Source: Blepharisma stoltei ATCC 30299 (taxonomy: Eukaryota > Protista > Ciliophora). Taken from it: a stretch of DNA of 64,000 nt. The stretch covers positions 372,001-436,000 of the forward strand of contig CBFDEM010000020.1 of NCBI GenBank assembly GCA_965603825.1, given 5' to 3'. Under the pieces are notes generated by a model, which was given only the letters and a program-made list of their open reading frames with translations, did no database searches and was not told the DNA's origin. The first letter of the stretch is position 1. Every line of letters begins with the position of its first letter. Shown here piece after piece: positions 39,363 through 50,159 of the stretch. The position numbers and the translations under genes were made by a program.

Positions 39363-39974
39363 CTTGGAAAATACAATTCTTTAATTTATCATAATAATAT
39401 TAATTACAAAATATTTAGTATTGCAATTGTTACAGCTTTTAAAGTTAGCACGTTTTAATATCTGACCTTTTATCAAATTCCATGTATTAGCTCTCAGCTT
39501 ATTATAAATAATTAATAAACTAATTTCAAAAGTTTCCTTTTAGGGAAAATCTCTGCATGCCTTCATTTCTAGAGAAAAATAACGATAATTAAAAAATACG
39601 CCAAAATAGTAAAAGCTTTCGAGTTTGCCCAAAATAATGGCTCAATAATGGGCGATAACTGCTAACTTAATGCTAATGCTAATAAAAAATAGGCCAAACA
39701 ACTGAGCTATTTAAATCTCTACCTTTATTTTATTTATAGAAAGCAAATAATAAGAATTTGCTATAAGAGCATCTTCTAAGGCAGAATTCACTATACTTTT
39801 GTAGGTAAATTTACCGAATAGTAAGCCCAAATTTGTAATAACAATAAAAATAGCAGTATAACAATTTTACAAGAACATTTTGATATAATTACAAAGCATA
39901 AAAGAAAATTAACTGAGCTCTTTATTCAATTTTTTATCAAATAAATTTCAGTTTTTTGATATACTCAATAATTA

Positions 39975-40808
39975 ATGTGCGTTACTGCTATAGCTTATTT
40001 TGTTCACCCCAAATACCCATTTGTTTTACTTTTCAACAGAGATGAGGTATTCGAAAGGCCTGTGTCAGAGATAGCAGAGTGAACTGATGAATGGGAAGGA
40101 ATAGTTGCTGGTCGAGATTTGATGGCAGGTGGAACGTGGCTAGGGATGAATCATGATGGTAAGTTTGTTGCTGTCACAAATTTTAGGGATAGCAACACTC
40201 AGACTGAACAGCAAAAAGTTCCAAGCATTGCGGTTGAATTGGATAATAGAGGCGCCTTTCTTAGCCGCGGTTTGATCCCTTTACAAATTTTAAGAAAAAA
40301 CGTAAATATTGTGGGCGAACTTGAAAATTTATGGGAAGAAAGATCTCGCTATAGGAGCTTCAACTTATTAGCAGGAGACGTTAAAGGCTCTGGACTTTAT
40401 TATTTTAGCGTAAATCAAACTGAAAATGCTTTTAATGGCTTAAAGCAGCTTGAGCAAGGACTCCATTGCATGTCTAACACTGACATTTCTAACAACTGAA
40501 AAAGGACGACAACGCTAAAAGATGAACTAGATTGTTTTTTAAAAAACCATGAAGAGTTTTCACCGCTAGATTTGTTACCTCTTTTAACGCCTGAGCTAGC
40601 TAGTAATGAGCCCACTCAACGAGCAGTGTCAGTTTTCTATAAATCAAACCCTATAAATATAGGTGAAAAAACTATCTCTTTTGGGACAGTGTCCTCTACA
40701 ATTATAACAGTAAGCATTTCTAATGAAGTTAATATACTTGAAAGGACATGAAGCAGAGACCAATTATCATATGCTGACACATCTAAAAGTTTTTATATAT
40801 CTACTTAG
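39975..40808 (+). CDS. TANGO2: TANGO2/NRDE family protein (~277 aa)
   Basis: MC...LLFNRDEVFERP, AGRDLMAGGTWLG, VTNFR, SRG, FNLLAGD, MSN, FGTVSSTII; TGA=Trp at 40080, 40497, 40749. Confidence 0.9.
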
Positions 40809-41046
40809 AAATTATAAGAAACACTTGTGCGATATTTTTTAATTTTTAATATGGATAGCTAAATCTGATTACTAGTTTTATCAGAAAAGAAAAATAGATT
40901 ACAAAAAGGATAAAAAAGCTAAATCTTAATCGATGTTAATGCTAATGCTATGCTGACGCTAATTAAGATCATTAAAAAAATTATCTTGAGACACAAGATC
41001 TTATTCATCATGCCTTGACATGTTGGATGCCTGTACGCTAATTAAT

Positions 41047-41613
41047 AAACTGAAAAAGGTTCTATATTATAAAGCATTTTGGGCTGGGGATCTATTTTAA
41101 TGACTGATACTGAAATATCTAAAAGCAGATTTCTTTAAAGATGAGCTAAATTATTTTAAAAAACCATGAAAATGTTTCATCATTATATTTCCTCTTTTAA
41201 CACCTAACTATCTAGTAAGAGTCTACTCAAAGCATAGTTTCAGATTTCTATAAGTCAATCTCACTAAATATACTTTCCATAAGTTTTAGAACTGCCTTAG
41301 AAGAAAAATGTTCTGATTATTTTTTTTGGTTATCAGAGCTCTGGCTAAAAAATAGTTAGCTAAAATTTAGAAATAATAATAATAATTGAACCCTTGGTTT
41401 AACAATAAAGAATAAAAAGTAAGGATTCAAAATAAGGGCGCAACGAATAAGTTTCTAATCAATATAGGTAAAATAATATCTATATTGGTACAATATACTT
41501 CTCTACCATTATAACTCTGAACAATTTTAATGAAATTAATATACTCGAAAGGACATGGTGTAAAGACCAATTATCATATAATGATGCTTTAAAAGGATTT
41601 TTTTATCTAATTA
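41047..41613 (+). pseudogene. Degenerate tandem copy of the 3' half of the TANGO2 gene
   Basis: 41047-41272 aligns by eye to about 40417-40660 and 41461-41613 to about 40654-40808, with indels and no intact frame; a ~190-nt non-aligning block lies between them. Confidence 0.8.
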
Positions 41614-41673
41614 AAAGTTTTTGCAAAAAAATACTAATAGCAATTTAAATTTTGAGATAGTTTTAAGTTATAT

Positions 41674-43476
41674 ATGGGACAGCAAGAATCTACCGTACGA
41701 CTTCGTCTTCAAAGAGGTCATGAAGGCATTCTTTACAAAGGTGGGTATCGAGTAAAGCCTGGTGGTGCTCAGACTTCCAAAACACTAAAAATAAGAGTTA
41801 ATTCAGATGTGATTTCTATCAATGTTCCCGATGATTCTTTGACTTGCGGCTGATTGCTTTCTGAAGCAATCAGAACTCTTAATTCTCCCAGCCCAATTGT
41901 AGCGTTCCGAACAGCCGCAAAATCTGATATTTTGGACTATCTGCTTACCCTTTACGAAAGATCATTATCCCCTTTCGAGGACAATGAAGAACTTATAGCT
42001 GTATTTGGAGAGCTTCTAGACCAGGAAATTTCATGTAAGCACTTCAGCCCTATAAAAGTGGTTGGGAAGGGAGGATTTTCAACTGTCATTCAGGTTAGGA
42101 AAAAGGATACTGGACTTCTTTATGCCATAAAAACAATAAGTAAAGACTTTGTCAGAAAAGAAATAAAAGTTGCACAAATTTTGACGGAAAAAGATATTTT
42201 GATGAGGATGGCACATCCTTTTATTGTCAAGCTGCATTGGGCTTTCCAAACTGCTGAAAAATTGCATTTAGTCATGGACTTATGCCCGGGTGGTGAACTG
42301 TTTTTTCATCTTCATAACTTAGGAAGATTTACTGAAGACCAAGCAAGGGTTTATTTTGGAGAAATACTGATGGGATTAGAGTATTTACACGATAATGGGA
42401 TCATTTATAGAGACTTAAAGCCAGAAAACATTTTACTTGATATTGACGGACATATACGTTTAACTGACTTTGGGTTGTCAAAGCAAGGAATTCCTTATAA
42501 TGGGCAGACGTATAGTTTTTGTGGAAGCCCAGAATATATGAGTCCAGAGATGCTAAGAGGACAAGGACATGGGAGAGCTGTGGATTATTATAGTTTAGGA
42601 GCTCTTCTTTACGAAATGCTAACTGGCTTACCACCCTTTTATGATTCAAATAGGTCGAAAATGTACTGAAGGGTCCTGAATGAAGACTTGCCACTTCCAA
42701 GCTTCATCTCCAAAGTAGGTCGCTCATTCCTATCAGAAATCCTCCATAAAGACCCAAGTAGGCGTCTAGGTATAATCAATGGTTTCCAAGACATAAAATC
42801 CCACCCATGGTGCTCCAAAATTAACTGGTCAAGACTCTATAAAAAGAAAATTCTTCCTCCATTTCGGCCAAACCTTCGCATGTGCAATTTTGATCCTGAA
42901 TATACTAGTATGGAGCTAGATTTGGATTTCATAAAGTCCAGTCCGAACGCATATGATGAAGAATTTGCTGATTTCGATTATTCTGGCGATGGCATTATAA
43001 AAGACACTCCCAACTCTTTGTCTTCAATTGAAGACTTATCATCAATTTCGACCACAACAAGCAAATCAACTGGAGTAGTGTCAGCAAGCAGTAGTCATAT
43101 AAAAATCCCAGTCATTTTTGAAGAGGACGAAGAAGAAAAGCCATTGAAATTGACAAAAATGAAGTCAACACAAAACAAAGATGATACTACACCTGTGCCT
43201 GATTATGATGAAACCTTCGTTTTTACACCCCCAAAAAAAACCCTAGGATTTTCATTGCAAGCATTAAAAACCAAAACGCCAAGAAAACTCATTGAAGCAA
43301 ACCCCTTCAAAAGTAATGCAAGACAAGCTGTAAGAATATATCCTCTTGATAATAAGCCAAGTACACCACAAAGTACTGAGGCTCATGATATGCCCACTTT
43401 AACACTGCCTTCATATGAAAATCCTGAAGAAGGCCAAGAGGTTAATGAAATTCCCAATTTTGATCCAAAGCATTAA
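41674..43476 (+). CDS. AGC-family Ser/Thr kinase (PKB/S6K-like, ~600 aa) with N-terminal MGQQES
   Basis: GKGGFS, YAIK, YRDLKPEN, DFG, TYSFCGSPEYMSPE, AGC tail PPFRP..NFDPEY...FADFDY; TGA=Trp at 41851 and 42667. Confidence 0.92.
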
Positions 43477-43892
43477 GCAAGGAACTGATAAATTAATATG
43501 AGTAATTTTTCTTATTTTAGCCTATATTAGTTAGTTTCCAATTTCAAAATGGAATCTAAAAATATGCAAAACCTCGAGTAACTCTGGAAACTCAAGCATT
43601 TAAATAATAAATTTTCTTACAAACTATGGTCTGAATGTTTGAAATTTACTGTATGATCTTCCTCAACTTACTTATTATTTAAGTTTTAGAAGTCTTGCAT
43701 CCATAATAATTTTTCTTAACAGAAAACCCGCACTTAGTTGGAAATATTTATTTTTAAACAAATTTATTAGAAAAATATCTCCAAAATATGTTTGTGCTAA
43801 GAAATTAAATTAAGATTTTCCATGCATTTAATCCTTCTGACGTAGATTTTGAGTACAAAAGCGACTAAGCCATATTCGTTTATAATGATAAA

Positions 43893-44393
43893 ATGTCAAT
43901 CAGTGATCAGTCAACAGATAGAAGCAGCGATTGTGTTGAGCTCGTAACAGCTAGATGCCTCACTTATTCCTTTATTCTTGGAAGGGACGAGTCATTAATA
44001 CCTGAAATGGCAAGCCCTGACTCTGAAATGGAGATTTCCAAGCACCACTTCATGGACCATTTTCCTGAAGCTCGTGACCATGGTGTCACCTTCTTTTCTA
44101 TTGTTCCGACACTTTCTGGGGGAGAAGAGCTCAGACCTATATTTTGTTTTCAAACAGCTGAGGCAGTTTATGTCAAAGCTGCAACCATCATGCCAAGGTC
44201 AACATTTGACCAGATAATGGATCTGGCTGCAAGGAGTGAGGTGAAGAGAATTTACATAGCAGTCCACAAAGAACTCCAAACATTCGCAAAAACTGTAAAA
44301 ATGCTTATGTACATGGGGTTCAGACAGTTGGAGCTGCAAGAGCAAAAGACATTGTGCCACACATCAGCTGTGTTGTTTGCACTTAAAGTCTAG
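43893..44393 (+). CDS. OAZ: Ornithine decarboxylase antizyme-like protein in a single open frame (166 aa)
   Basis: C-terminal RSTFDQIMDLAARSEVKRIYIAVHKELQTFAKTVKMLMYMGFRQL follows the ODC_AZ pattern (helix, beta-strand with HK, helix ending GF). Confidence 0.65.
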   Translation: MSISDQSTDRSSDCVELVTARCLTYSFILGRDESLIPEMASPDSEMEISKHHFMDHFPEARDHGVTFFSIVPTLSGGEELRPIFCFQTAEAVYVKAATIMPRSTFDQIMDLAARSEVKRIYIAVHKELQTFAKTVKMLMYMGFRQLELQEQKTLCHTSAVLFALKV

Positions 44394-44569
44394 ATTAAAT
44401 AATAGATAAAATAATAAAATTTGAGGTTGAAATTGTAATAATTTTATCAGAGTAATTATCTATGAATTTTATTTTCTGAGGATAATAATGGAAATGCAGG
44501 TGAAAATTCTAATAGAATAAAGATTTTAAGAGATTAATAAGCTAGATTACCATAAATTTTAAATTGTTA

Positions 44570-45670
44570 CTATATTAATTTATAGCTTGCCATAGGCTGA
44601 GCTCTATTTAAAAATGAATTTGTGTTAAATCCAGCATCATACCCGATTCTCTGCACTTTCGGTGAAAGTGGGCGACATTTTTCCAGAAAATTTTTATTTA
44701 TCAGTTGTTGTGAGTTTACTTCTAAAGAAATAGAATTTTCTGATTTAACTGAAAACCTTCTTGGTCTCTCATTTGAGTTAAATCTGAAATTCTTCTTATA
44801 AAAATGCTGCTTTGAGTATGAATTCATTTTGCTTAAATGGGGAGATGGCGATCTTCTAGCGCTTGGCAAAGCTGAATAAGAAGAGTTTGATCTCAACCTA
44901 TCTATTTTTGGGTTAAAAGTGCACTCAACCATAGCGTTTTTTTCTTTATTTTCCCTTTCTTTTTTAATTTTATCTTGTTTTCTACGAAGCCAAAATTCAT
45001 TTCTTGACAGCATATCCATATCAAGTAAATCAGGAGGTTCTTCATGCTCAAATATTTTTGGACGAGCTCTTACCTGCTCTCTTAATTGTTCTATAGTCAT
45101 TGGCTTATTTCGATCAGTTCGATTTGTCGTAGAAACTGTGCTAGTGTTGAGATTTTCGTTTACTGGTTGAGAATGGGATGATAGATTTAATTTTAAACTT
45201 GGGATATTTTGTTTAAAAAATGAACTCAAAACTCTGTTAGTTGGATAAGGAGCTTCTTCACATTCAATATTTTTTGCTAATTCTTTTAGTGAGATTTCTG
45301 CTTGTTTCGGGATAATTTTTTCATTTGAGGGTAACTTATCATTTTTATTATTCAGATTCTCTCTTTTTCTTTCTGAGCGATTAGTAAACCGACTATTTGC
45401 AAGGGCTTGTTCTAAATTCATTCTTGGCGTTTGTGCACATGAAGAAGCAGCGCTTGATTTTTCGCTTTTTCTTGAATATTTATTTCTTAGCAAGTCTTCA
45501 ATTGAAATCTTAGGTTTTAGTTTCGAGCTTGAACTGCATCTAGAGACTTCTCTTTGTTGGTTCCTAATAAATGAGTCTGAGTGAAGCCGCTCAAATACCC
45601 CTCTTATACTGTAATGAGGTTCTTCACAATATTGCCTGTCTTTATAGGGCACACCAAATTCATTTTCCAT
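44570..45670 (-). CDS. Hypothetical low-complexity protein with an ECTFNP motif
   Basis: Intact 366-aa ORF; RNEFWL...KE...ECTFNPKI. Confidence 0.7.
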   Translation of the reverse strand: MENEFGVPYKDRQYCEEPHYSIRGVFERLHSDSFIRNQQREVSRCSSSSKLKPKISIEDLLRNKYSRKSEKSSAASSCAQTPRMNLEQALANSRFTNRSERKRENLNNKNDKLPSNEKIIPKQAEISLKELAKNIECEEAPYPTNRVLSSFFKQNIPSLKLNLSSHSQPVNENLNTSTVSTTNRTDRNKPMTIEQLREQVRARPKIFEHEEPPDLLDMDMLSRNEFWLRRKQDKIKKERENKEKNAMVECTFNPKIDRLRSNSSYSALPSARRSPSPHLSKMNSYSKQHFYKKNFRFNSNERPRRFSVKSENSISLEVNSQQLINKNFLEKCRPLSPKVQRIGYDAGFNTNSFLNRAQPMASYKLI

Positions 45671-45765
45671 AAATTAAATATTAATGATAGCAAAAACCAA
45701 CAAAGTTTGGCAAATTTTCTAAAACAATATCTAAGGCTTTAAAAATTTTAAAATTAAATTTCCCC

Positions 45766-47493
45766 TTACCAGTTTTTAAAGTTAGGGAAAGAAGTAAATT
45801 TGACAGTAGGATTATTATTTTTGCTAGAATCTTCCAAATTTTCGGGTTTCCAAATATCTTGTTTTGATATTGGATCATCATCTAATAAGCTTTCAAAAGG
45901 TTTTTGTTCTGTTTTAGCTGTGATAGGGAATGAATGATCAATGAGCTCTTCACCTAAATCTGCTTCCTCTTGCTCTTCTTTTAAGGCAATAGCAAGTGCT
46001 TCTCCAAGCCTGCCTTCCAATTTTACTCTACCTAAATCCTCCCACCGAATGCCAGCAAACATATTTTTCATATGCTTCATGTTATGCCTTGACAAAAATT
46101 GCACAACTCTTGGATCAACTATATTTTTATTTTCTTCGCTAAAATCAGGTGCTTCTGCGGACAGCTTAGTTCTTGTTGGAGTTCCTCTGTGTAATACAAA
46201 TTCATCAGTTGTGCTATTTATTTGGTTAACAAGTGCTGCATTGTGCGAAGGAACAAAAGCGAACGGGAGCCCTTGATTAGCAAGAAATGGAGTTTGTGCC
46301 ACTTTTTGAGAGAATCCTGGAGAAAGCATGCTTTTTTGTGGATGCGGGGTTTGAGATTTATAGTTGCTATTTATTGGGTACTCTTTAAAAGGAGAGTTAT
46401 CAACAACCCTTCTATCCCTAGCACTATGATAAAATGGGCAGTCCTGAATTTTGGGGCAATTTCTCCCAAGGGTGCATAGTCTTGTCTTATAAGTCCTAGG
46501 ATGATATTCTATTTCTTTCCACCCATGGCATCTTGTGCAGTTCATCATATTAGGGCATCCACCTTCTTCGTAGCTTAATATAAAAGTTGATGATCTCCAG
46601 TTCGGACAAGGCAAAGAGCTATAATTATTGCTATCTGGCTTTCTTCTAAAATCCTGCCAATTGTGAGCATACACACACAAAGCCTTATCATGAGGCGAGT
46701 TAAATGGGCACCAAACTGTTTTGAAAAAATTTAAATAAAAATCATGACCTCTCTGGTACTTATGGATTAGCTCAACTTTGATGTCGTCTTCTGAGTGAGC
46801 GAAACTACAAAAATTTCCATATTCGCAATGTTCGGTTTTATAAGGGAAAAAAGTGCAAAATTTTGTTTTATATTTTTCTGGATGGTAAAGCTGCTCTACT
46901 CTATTATGCGATTTATCACAACTTTCATTGCCACATATTGCTTTTTCGCCATCTCCACATAAATCAGGGGAATAAAACTCTGGCCTTCTTTTATCACGAC
47001 TTGAGTGATAAAATTCGCAGTGCTTGGGGTTGTGAGGTGCTGATATTTTACATGGCTGAGTCTTAAATACAGATAAGTCTAGATGGTTAGGGTTTTTAAT
47101 AAGAGGAGAAAATGGGTGGGATTTTGGAGAGGCAGGAAATGTCCGAAGTTGCTCAAAATTTATGTGTGCGTTGGGGCAAAATTCTGGGCCTTTACAGTCA
47201 GGATCGCTGCACCACGTAGTCTTATATTTACTTGGATGGTATGTAAGCTCAGAAAAGGTGTGACAAGACGAACATGAGTCTCCTTTAGGACAGCTTTTTC
47301 CTTGGACAAGCTGATGGCACATAATTGCTGTATACGCTAAATTTCCAGAGCTGAGAAATGGGGGTCTTCTTTTTTCAGAAAGAGAATGATAGTCCATGCA
47401 GCCTTCTTGGCTATAGCACTGCCTTGAGCATTGCTGAACTCGGTAAGTTTGGAGAAACGAAATATGTTGAGGAAGTTCGTTAGTTGTTAACAT
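45766..47493 (-). CDS. Unkempt-like multi-CCCH zinc-finger RNA-binding protein
   Basis: Nine CCCH/CHCH fingers with YHP..YKT..C linkers and KRRP/FRRKP motifs; possible SAM-like segment near the C-terminus. Confidence 0.85.
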   Translation of the reverse strand: MLTTNELPQHISFLQTYRVQQCSRQCYSQEGCMDYHSLSEKRRPPFLSSGNLAYTAIMCHQLVQGKSCPKGDSCSSCHTFSELTYHPSKYKTTWCSDPDCKGPEFCPNAHINFEQLRTFPASPKSHPFSPLIKNPNHLDLSVFKTQPCKISAPHNPKHCEFYHSSRDKRRPEFYSPDLCGDGEKAICGNESCDKSHNRVEQLYHPEKYKTKFCTFFPYKTEHCEYGNFCSFAHSEDDIKVELIHKYQRGHDFYLNFFKTVWCPFNSPHDKALCVYAHNWQDFRRKPDSNNYSSLPCPNWRSSTFILSYEEGGCPNMMNCTRCHGWKEIEYHPRTYKTRLCTLGRNCPKIQDCPFYHSARDRRVVDNSPFKEYPINSNYKSQTPHPQKSMLSPGFSQKVAQTPFLANQGLPFAFVPSHNAALVNQINSTTDEFVLHRGTPTRTKLSAEAPDFSEENKNIVDPRVVQFLSRHNMKHMKNMFAGIRWEDLGRVKLEGRLGEALAIALKEEQEEADLGEELIDHSFPITAKTEQKPFESLLDDDPISKQDIWKPENLEDSSKNNNPTVKFTSFPNFKNW

Positions 47494-48159
47494 TTTTGAA
47501 TTTAAATAATAAGAGATTTTACGCAGTTCACATCAAGTATGACATGAATATTAATGAGAAAAGTATTTTGAAATTCAAATTATGAAAAATTAAGTATGTC
47601 CAATTTCATAAAAATGCGCATTAAATTAGCAAATTTACTCTCCAAATTGGTATTCTTAAGAAGAATCAATTTTTTTCATATTATAAAATAAGAATTTCTT
47701 AATATTTGGTAGTTTTAAGGAAATAGAAAAAAGTAAAACACTGACAAAAATTTTAATTAAACAATAAAATTTTTATTGCGAGATTTTCAATTAAAAAATT
47801 GAATAAATGCTATTTTTAAATATAGGATGAAAATTTAGTAAATGAGTTACGCCTTTTAAATATGAATTTTAATAAGAAAATTTATAGTTAAAATTTTTAT
47901 AAATGAGTTTAAGAAATAATATCAAATATTTAACAATTAAAAATTTGCTATGTAAATAGCTCTTTATATAGATTTTAATAGCAGTTAAAAATAATTTTAT
48001 ATAAGTTACAAGCAAATTAAATTTTTATGAGAAAATTCTCCAAATTCTCCAATTAGACTCTTATTAAAAATTTAAAAATAATTTAATCAAAAATTAAATT
48101 TGCAGCTACTGCTAATCATACTTTAATTTAATTTGAATATGCACATATAAATTCTAAGA

Positions 48160-48567
48160 ATGGGATTTTTTCTTTTTGCATTCGCTGAAGAGGACTTTTA
48201 CAAGATATTAGGAATCAATAGAAATGCTGATGAGAAAACTATTAAAAGAGCATATAAAAATCTTTGTCAAAAATATCCCTTCCCAGATGAAAATAGCGAA
48301 AATAAAGTAGAAATCGACCAAATGTTTAAGAGAATTAAAAATGCATATGAAGTACTGATTGATCCAGAAAAGAGAAAAAACTATAATGTTTATGGAGATG
48401 AGTGAAATGAAAGTTTCGGTAATTTGGCTCAAAGGCTTACTAATAAATTTTTTACAATATTTTACAATTGATGGGATGATAATTTTAATTTTATTTCCAA
48501 GTTTAGAGCAGAACCGACAAATGATCATAAAAATTCTCACTCAAAAGCAAGTTTAATCGTATATTAA
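48160..48567 (+). pseudogene. Degenerate J-domain (DnaJ) gene, probable pseudogene
   Basis: DFYKILGI..A....IKRAY...F..I.NAYEVL.DPEKR J-domain, but HPD is replaced by YPFPD; the upstream in-frame ATG 48139 is cut by TAA 48148 inside an apparent signal peptide. Confidence 0.55.
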
Positions 48568-48580
48568 AAGGTATTAATAA

Positions 48581-50134
48581 ATGGCAACTGATAATAAGTA
48601 TGACCGACAACTAAGGCTATGGGGTTCACACGGCCAAAAAGCTCTCAATACAAGCAAGATTTGTCTGCTTAAATCCTCATCTCTAGGTACTGAGATTTTA
48701 AAAAATCTTGTGCTGCCTGGCATTGGTCATTTTACTATCATTGACAATCAGATTGTATCAGAAAGAGACTTCGGAAATAATTTCTTCCTTACCAGAGCTG
48801 ATCTTGGAAGACCTCGGGCTGAAGCTACCAAAGAGTGGCTACTAGAATTAAACCCTGACGTGAACGGTGAGAGCTTGCAAGCTGACCCATCAGAACTTAT
48901 CAGAACAAATCCTGAGTATTTCAGCCAATTTACCTTGATTATTTCAACACAGCTCAGGTTTGCTGATGATTTAGCACTTAGCCGTATCTGCGAGCAGAAA
49001 AATATTACTTTTCTAATAGCGAAGTCACTTGGATTTATAAACTACCTTAGAGTTTACAAAAAAGAGCACCTTGTGGTGGAAGGAAAACCGACAGAAAAAG
49101 ATTTTTTTGATTTAAGAATTCATAAGCCTTTCCAAGAGCTAAAAATTTATGCAGATTTGATAAATGTCGATGAATTAAATGATATGAAGCACAAGCATAC
49201 TCCATATATCATTTTATTAATGAAATATCTAGAAGAATGGAAAAATCTTCATGGAGATGTTCCAAAGACTTTTGAAGAGAAAGACGATTTCAAAAAGCTG
49301 ATTAAAAGCCACAGTAGGGATTTTTATGGTGAAGAGAATTTCCGAGAAGCTGTCAATAATGCTTATTTGGCCTATTTAGATGAAGATTTACCTTTCTCTG
49401 TGACTGAGATTTTAAATGACCCAAAATCACTAGATGCCAATTCTGATAGCGATAATTTTTGGAAATGCTCAAAAGCAGTAAAGCAATTTATTGATGAAAG
49501 CGGATCACCTCCTGTGATGGGGATTTTTCCTGATATGACAAGTGATACTGATTCGTATATTGCCCTCCAAAGAATCTATCAAAATAAAGCATCAACTGAT
49601 TTAGAAGTTATAAAATCAAAGGTATCAGCAATTAAAGGCTCTGATTTAGATCAAGCTGATGTCGATTTTATCACTTTATTTTGCAAGAATTTGCAGATGA
49701 TTGAAGTATCACGATTTAAGTCAATTGAAACTGAGTTCAAAGAGTTAAACGTAGGAGAAATAATGAGCGCTATGTATGAGGATCTTCCTGTAGTTGATTG
49801 GTACTGGGGAATAAGAGCTTGTGATAAATTTATAGAGGAGAATGGAAGATATCCCGGATCAGAAGAATCAAAAGACAGTGAGGATAAAGCTCAATTATTA
49901 AGAATTGCTAATCAACTGATAGCTGAAAGCGGAGTAGAAGGGGTTGAATTTAAACCTGAAATTGCAGGAGAAATTGTGAGATTCGGAGATTGTGAGCTTC
50001 ACTCAATAGCTGCTATTTTGGGAGGAATTGCGTCTCAAGAAGCAATAAAATTGATAACTCATCAGTATACGCCAATAAACAACACTTATATTTATTCAGC
50101 AATCACCTCAAGTTCCCAAGTCATCGAAGTTTAA
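48581..50134 (+). CDS. NAE1: NEDD8-activating enzyme E1 regulatory subunit (APP-BP1)
   Basis: KYDRQLRLWG.HGQ, GTEILKNLVLPGIG, HKHTPY, PDMTSDT..YI.LQ, ELHSIAAILGGIASQEAIKLITHQY. Confidence 0.95.
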   Translation: MATDNKYDRQLRLWGSHGQKALNTSKICLLKSSSLGTEILKNLVLPGIGHFTIIDNQIVSERDFGNNFFLTRADLGRPRAEATKEWLLELNPDVNGESLQADPSELIRTNPEYFSQFTLIISTQLRFADDLALSRICEQKNITFLIAKSLGFINYLRVYKKEHLVVEGKPTEKDFFDLRIHKPFQELKIYADLINVDELNDMKHKHTPYIILLMKYLEEWKNLHGDVPKTFEEKDDFKKLIKSHSRDFYGEENFREAVNNAYLAYLDEDLPFSVTEILNDPKSLDANSDSDNFWKCSKAVKQFIDESGSPPVMGIFPDMTSDTDSYIALQRIYQNKASTDLEVIKSKVSAIKGSDLDQADVDFITLFCKNLQMIEVSRFKSIETEFKELNVGEIMSAMYEDLPVVDWYWGIRACDKFIEENGRYPGSEESKDSEDKAQLLRIANQLIAESGVEGVEFKPEIAGEIVRFGDCELHSIAAILGGIASQEAIKLITHQYTPINNTYIYSAITSSSQVIEV

Positions 50135-50159
50135 ATTAATTTAGAATATTAAAATAATT

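Noticed and set aside
39667-40950. 15-bp direct repeat flanking TANGO2 as a transposon target-site duplication
   Set aside because: No transposase or terminal inverted repeats; the tandem duplication explains it better.
43955-44068. ATG 43955 opening a -1-frame ORF that reaches ACC-TGA, CCC-TGA and TCC-TGA, as a working antizyme ORF1
   Set aside because: TGA is Trp here, the 0-frame is already open from ATG 43893, and any Pro-Glu/Asp codon pair (CCT GAN) creates this string. Kept only as a possible vestige.
50129-50144. Possible 16-nt intron GTTTAAATTAATTTAG over the NAE1 stop
   Set aside because: It starts GTT rather than GTA, and NAE1 already ends at its usual C-terminus.
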